Source of the DNA: Paraspadella gotoi
Lineage: Eukaryota > Animalia > Chaetognatha
DNA: 7,781 bases
Reading direction: 5' to 3'
NCBI GenBank assembly: GCA_051294375.1
Contig: JBJCIZ010001424.1
Span: forward strand, 1-7,781
Part shown: in pieces, positions 7,683 to 7,781 of the stretch
Layout: the number at the start of each line of letters is the position of its first letter
Position numbering within the stretch: position 1 is the stretch's first letter
Notes under the pieces: model-generated
Told to the model about the DNA's origin: nothing
The model's input: only the letters and a program-made list of their open reading frames with translations
The model's database searches: none
Translations under genes and position numbers: made by a program

Positions 7683-7714
7683 ATTTAAAAGTCAAACATT
7701 TAAAAGTCAAACAT
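7683..7714 (+). repeat. Perfect 15-bp tandem duplication ATTTAAAAGTCAAAC x2
   Basis: 7683-7697 and 7698-7712 are identical, followed by AT. Confidence 0.9.
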
Positions 7715-7781
7715 GGAATTAACGATTAAAGTACACTGTTCGTTAGTCCTAATATTAAGCATCTAAAAACCATCGGACTGA

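Overview
Eukaryotic, probably invertebrate-animal, genomic DNA. It is AT-rich, with microsatellites, a GT-AG intron and two 10-N runs. (1) Bases 1-~1990 form a GC-rich block that reads as a heavily frameshifted BEL/Pao LTR-retrotransposon relic on the + strand. Three Gag Cys/His knuckles lie at ~1050-1265 and an aspartic-protease M-I-D-S-G motif at 1712-1726. No RT/RNaseH/integrase follows; a possible PPT/LTR start appears at ~1983-1997. (2) The only credible host gene is a two-exon, minus-strand, ~191-aa four-TM MS4A/CD20-like protein, complement(join(3760..4068,4149..4415)). The ORF track splits it into two ORFs. (3) A GC-rich hairpin ~30 nt past its stop codon resembles the end of a non-autonomous Helentron (HINE/DINE-like). 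(4) The rest is non-coding: two candidate cis-regulatory islands (one with a canonical G-quadruplex motif), a degenerate hammerhead-like motif, and a ~145-bp-periodic TTACGCCA/GCCACATA motif array near the right end. I see no solid evidence for a wholly new biological system. All family calls come from motif recognition by eye, not from database searches.
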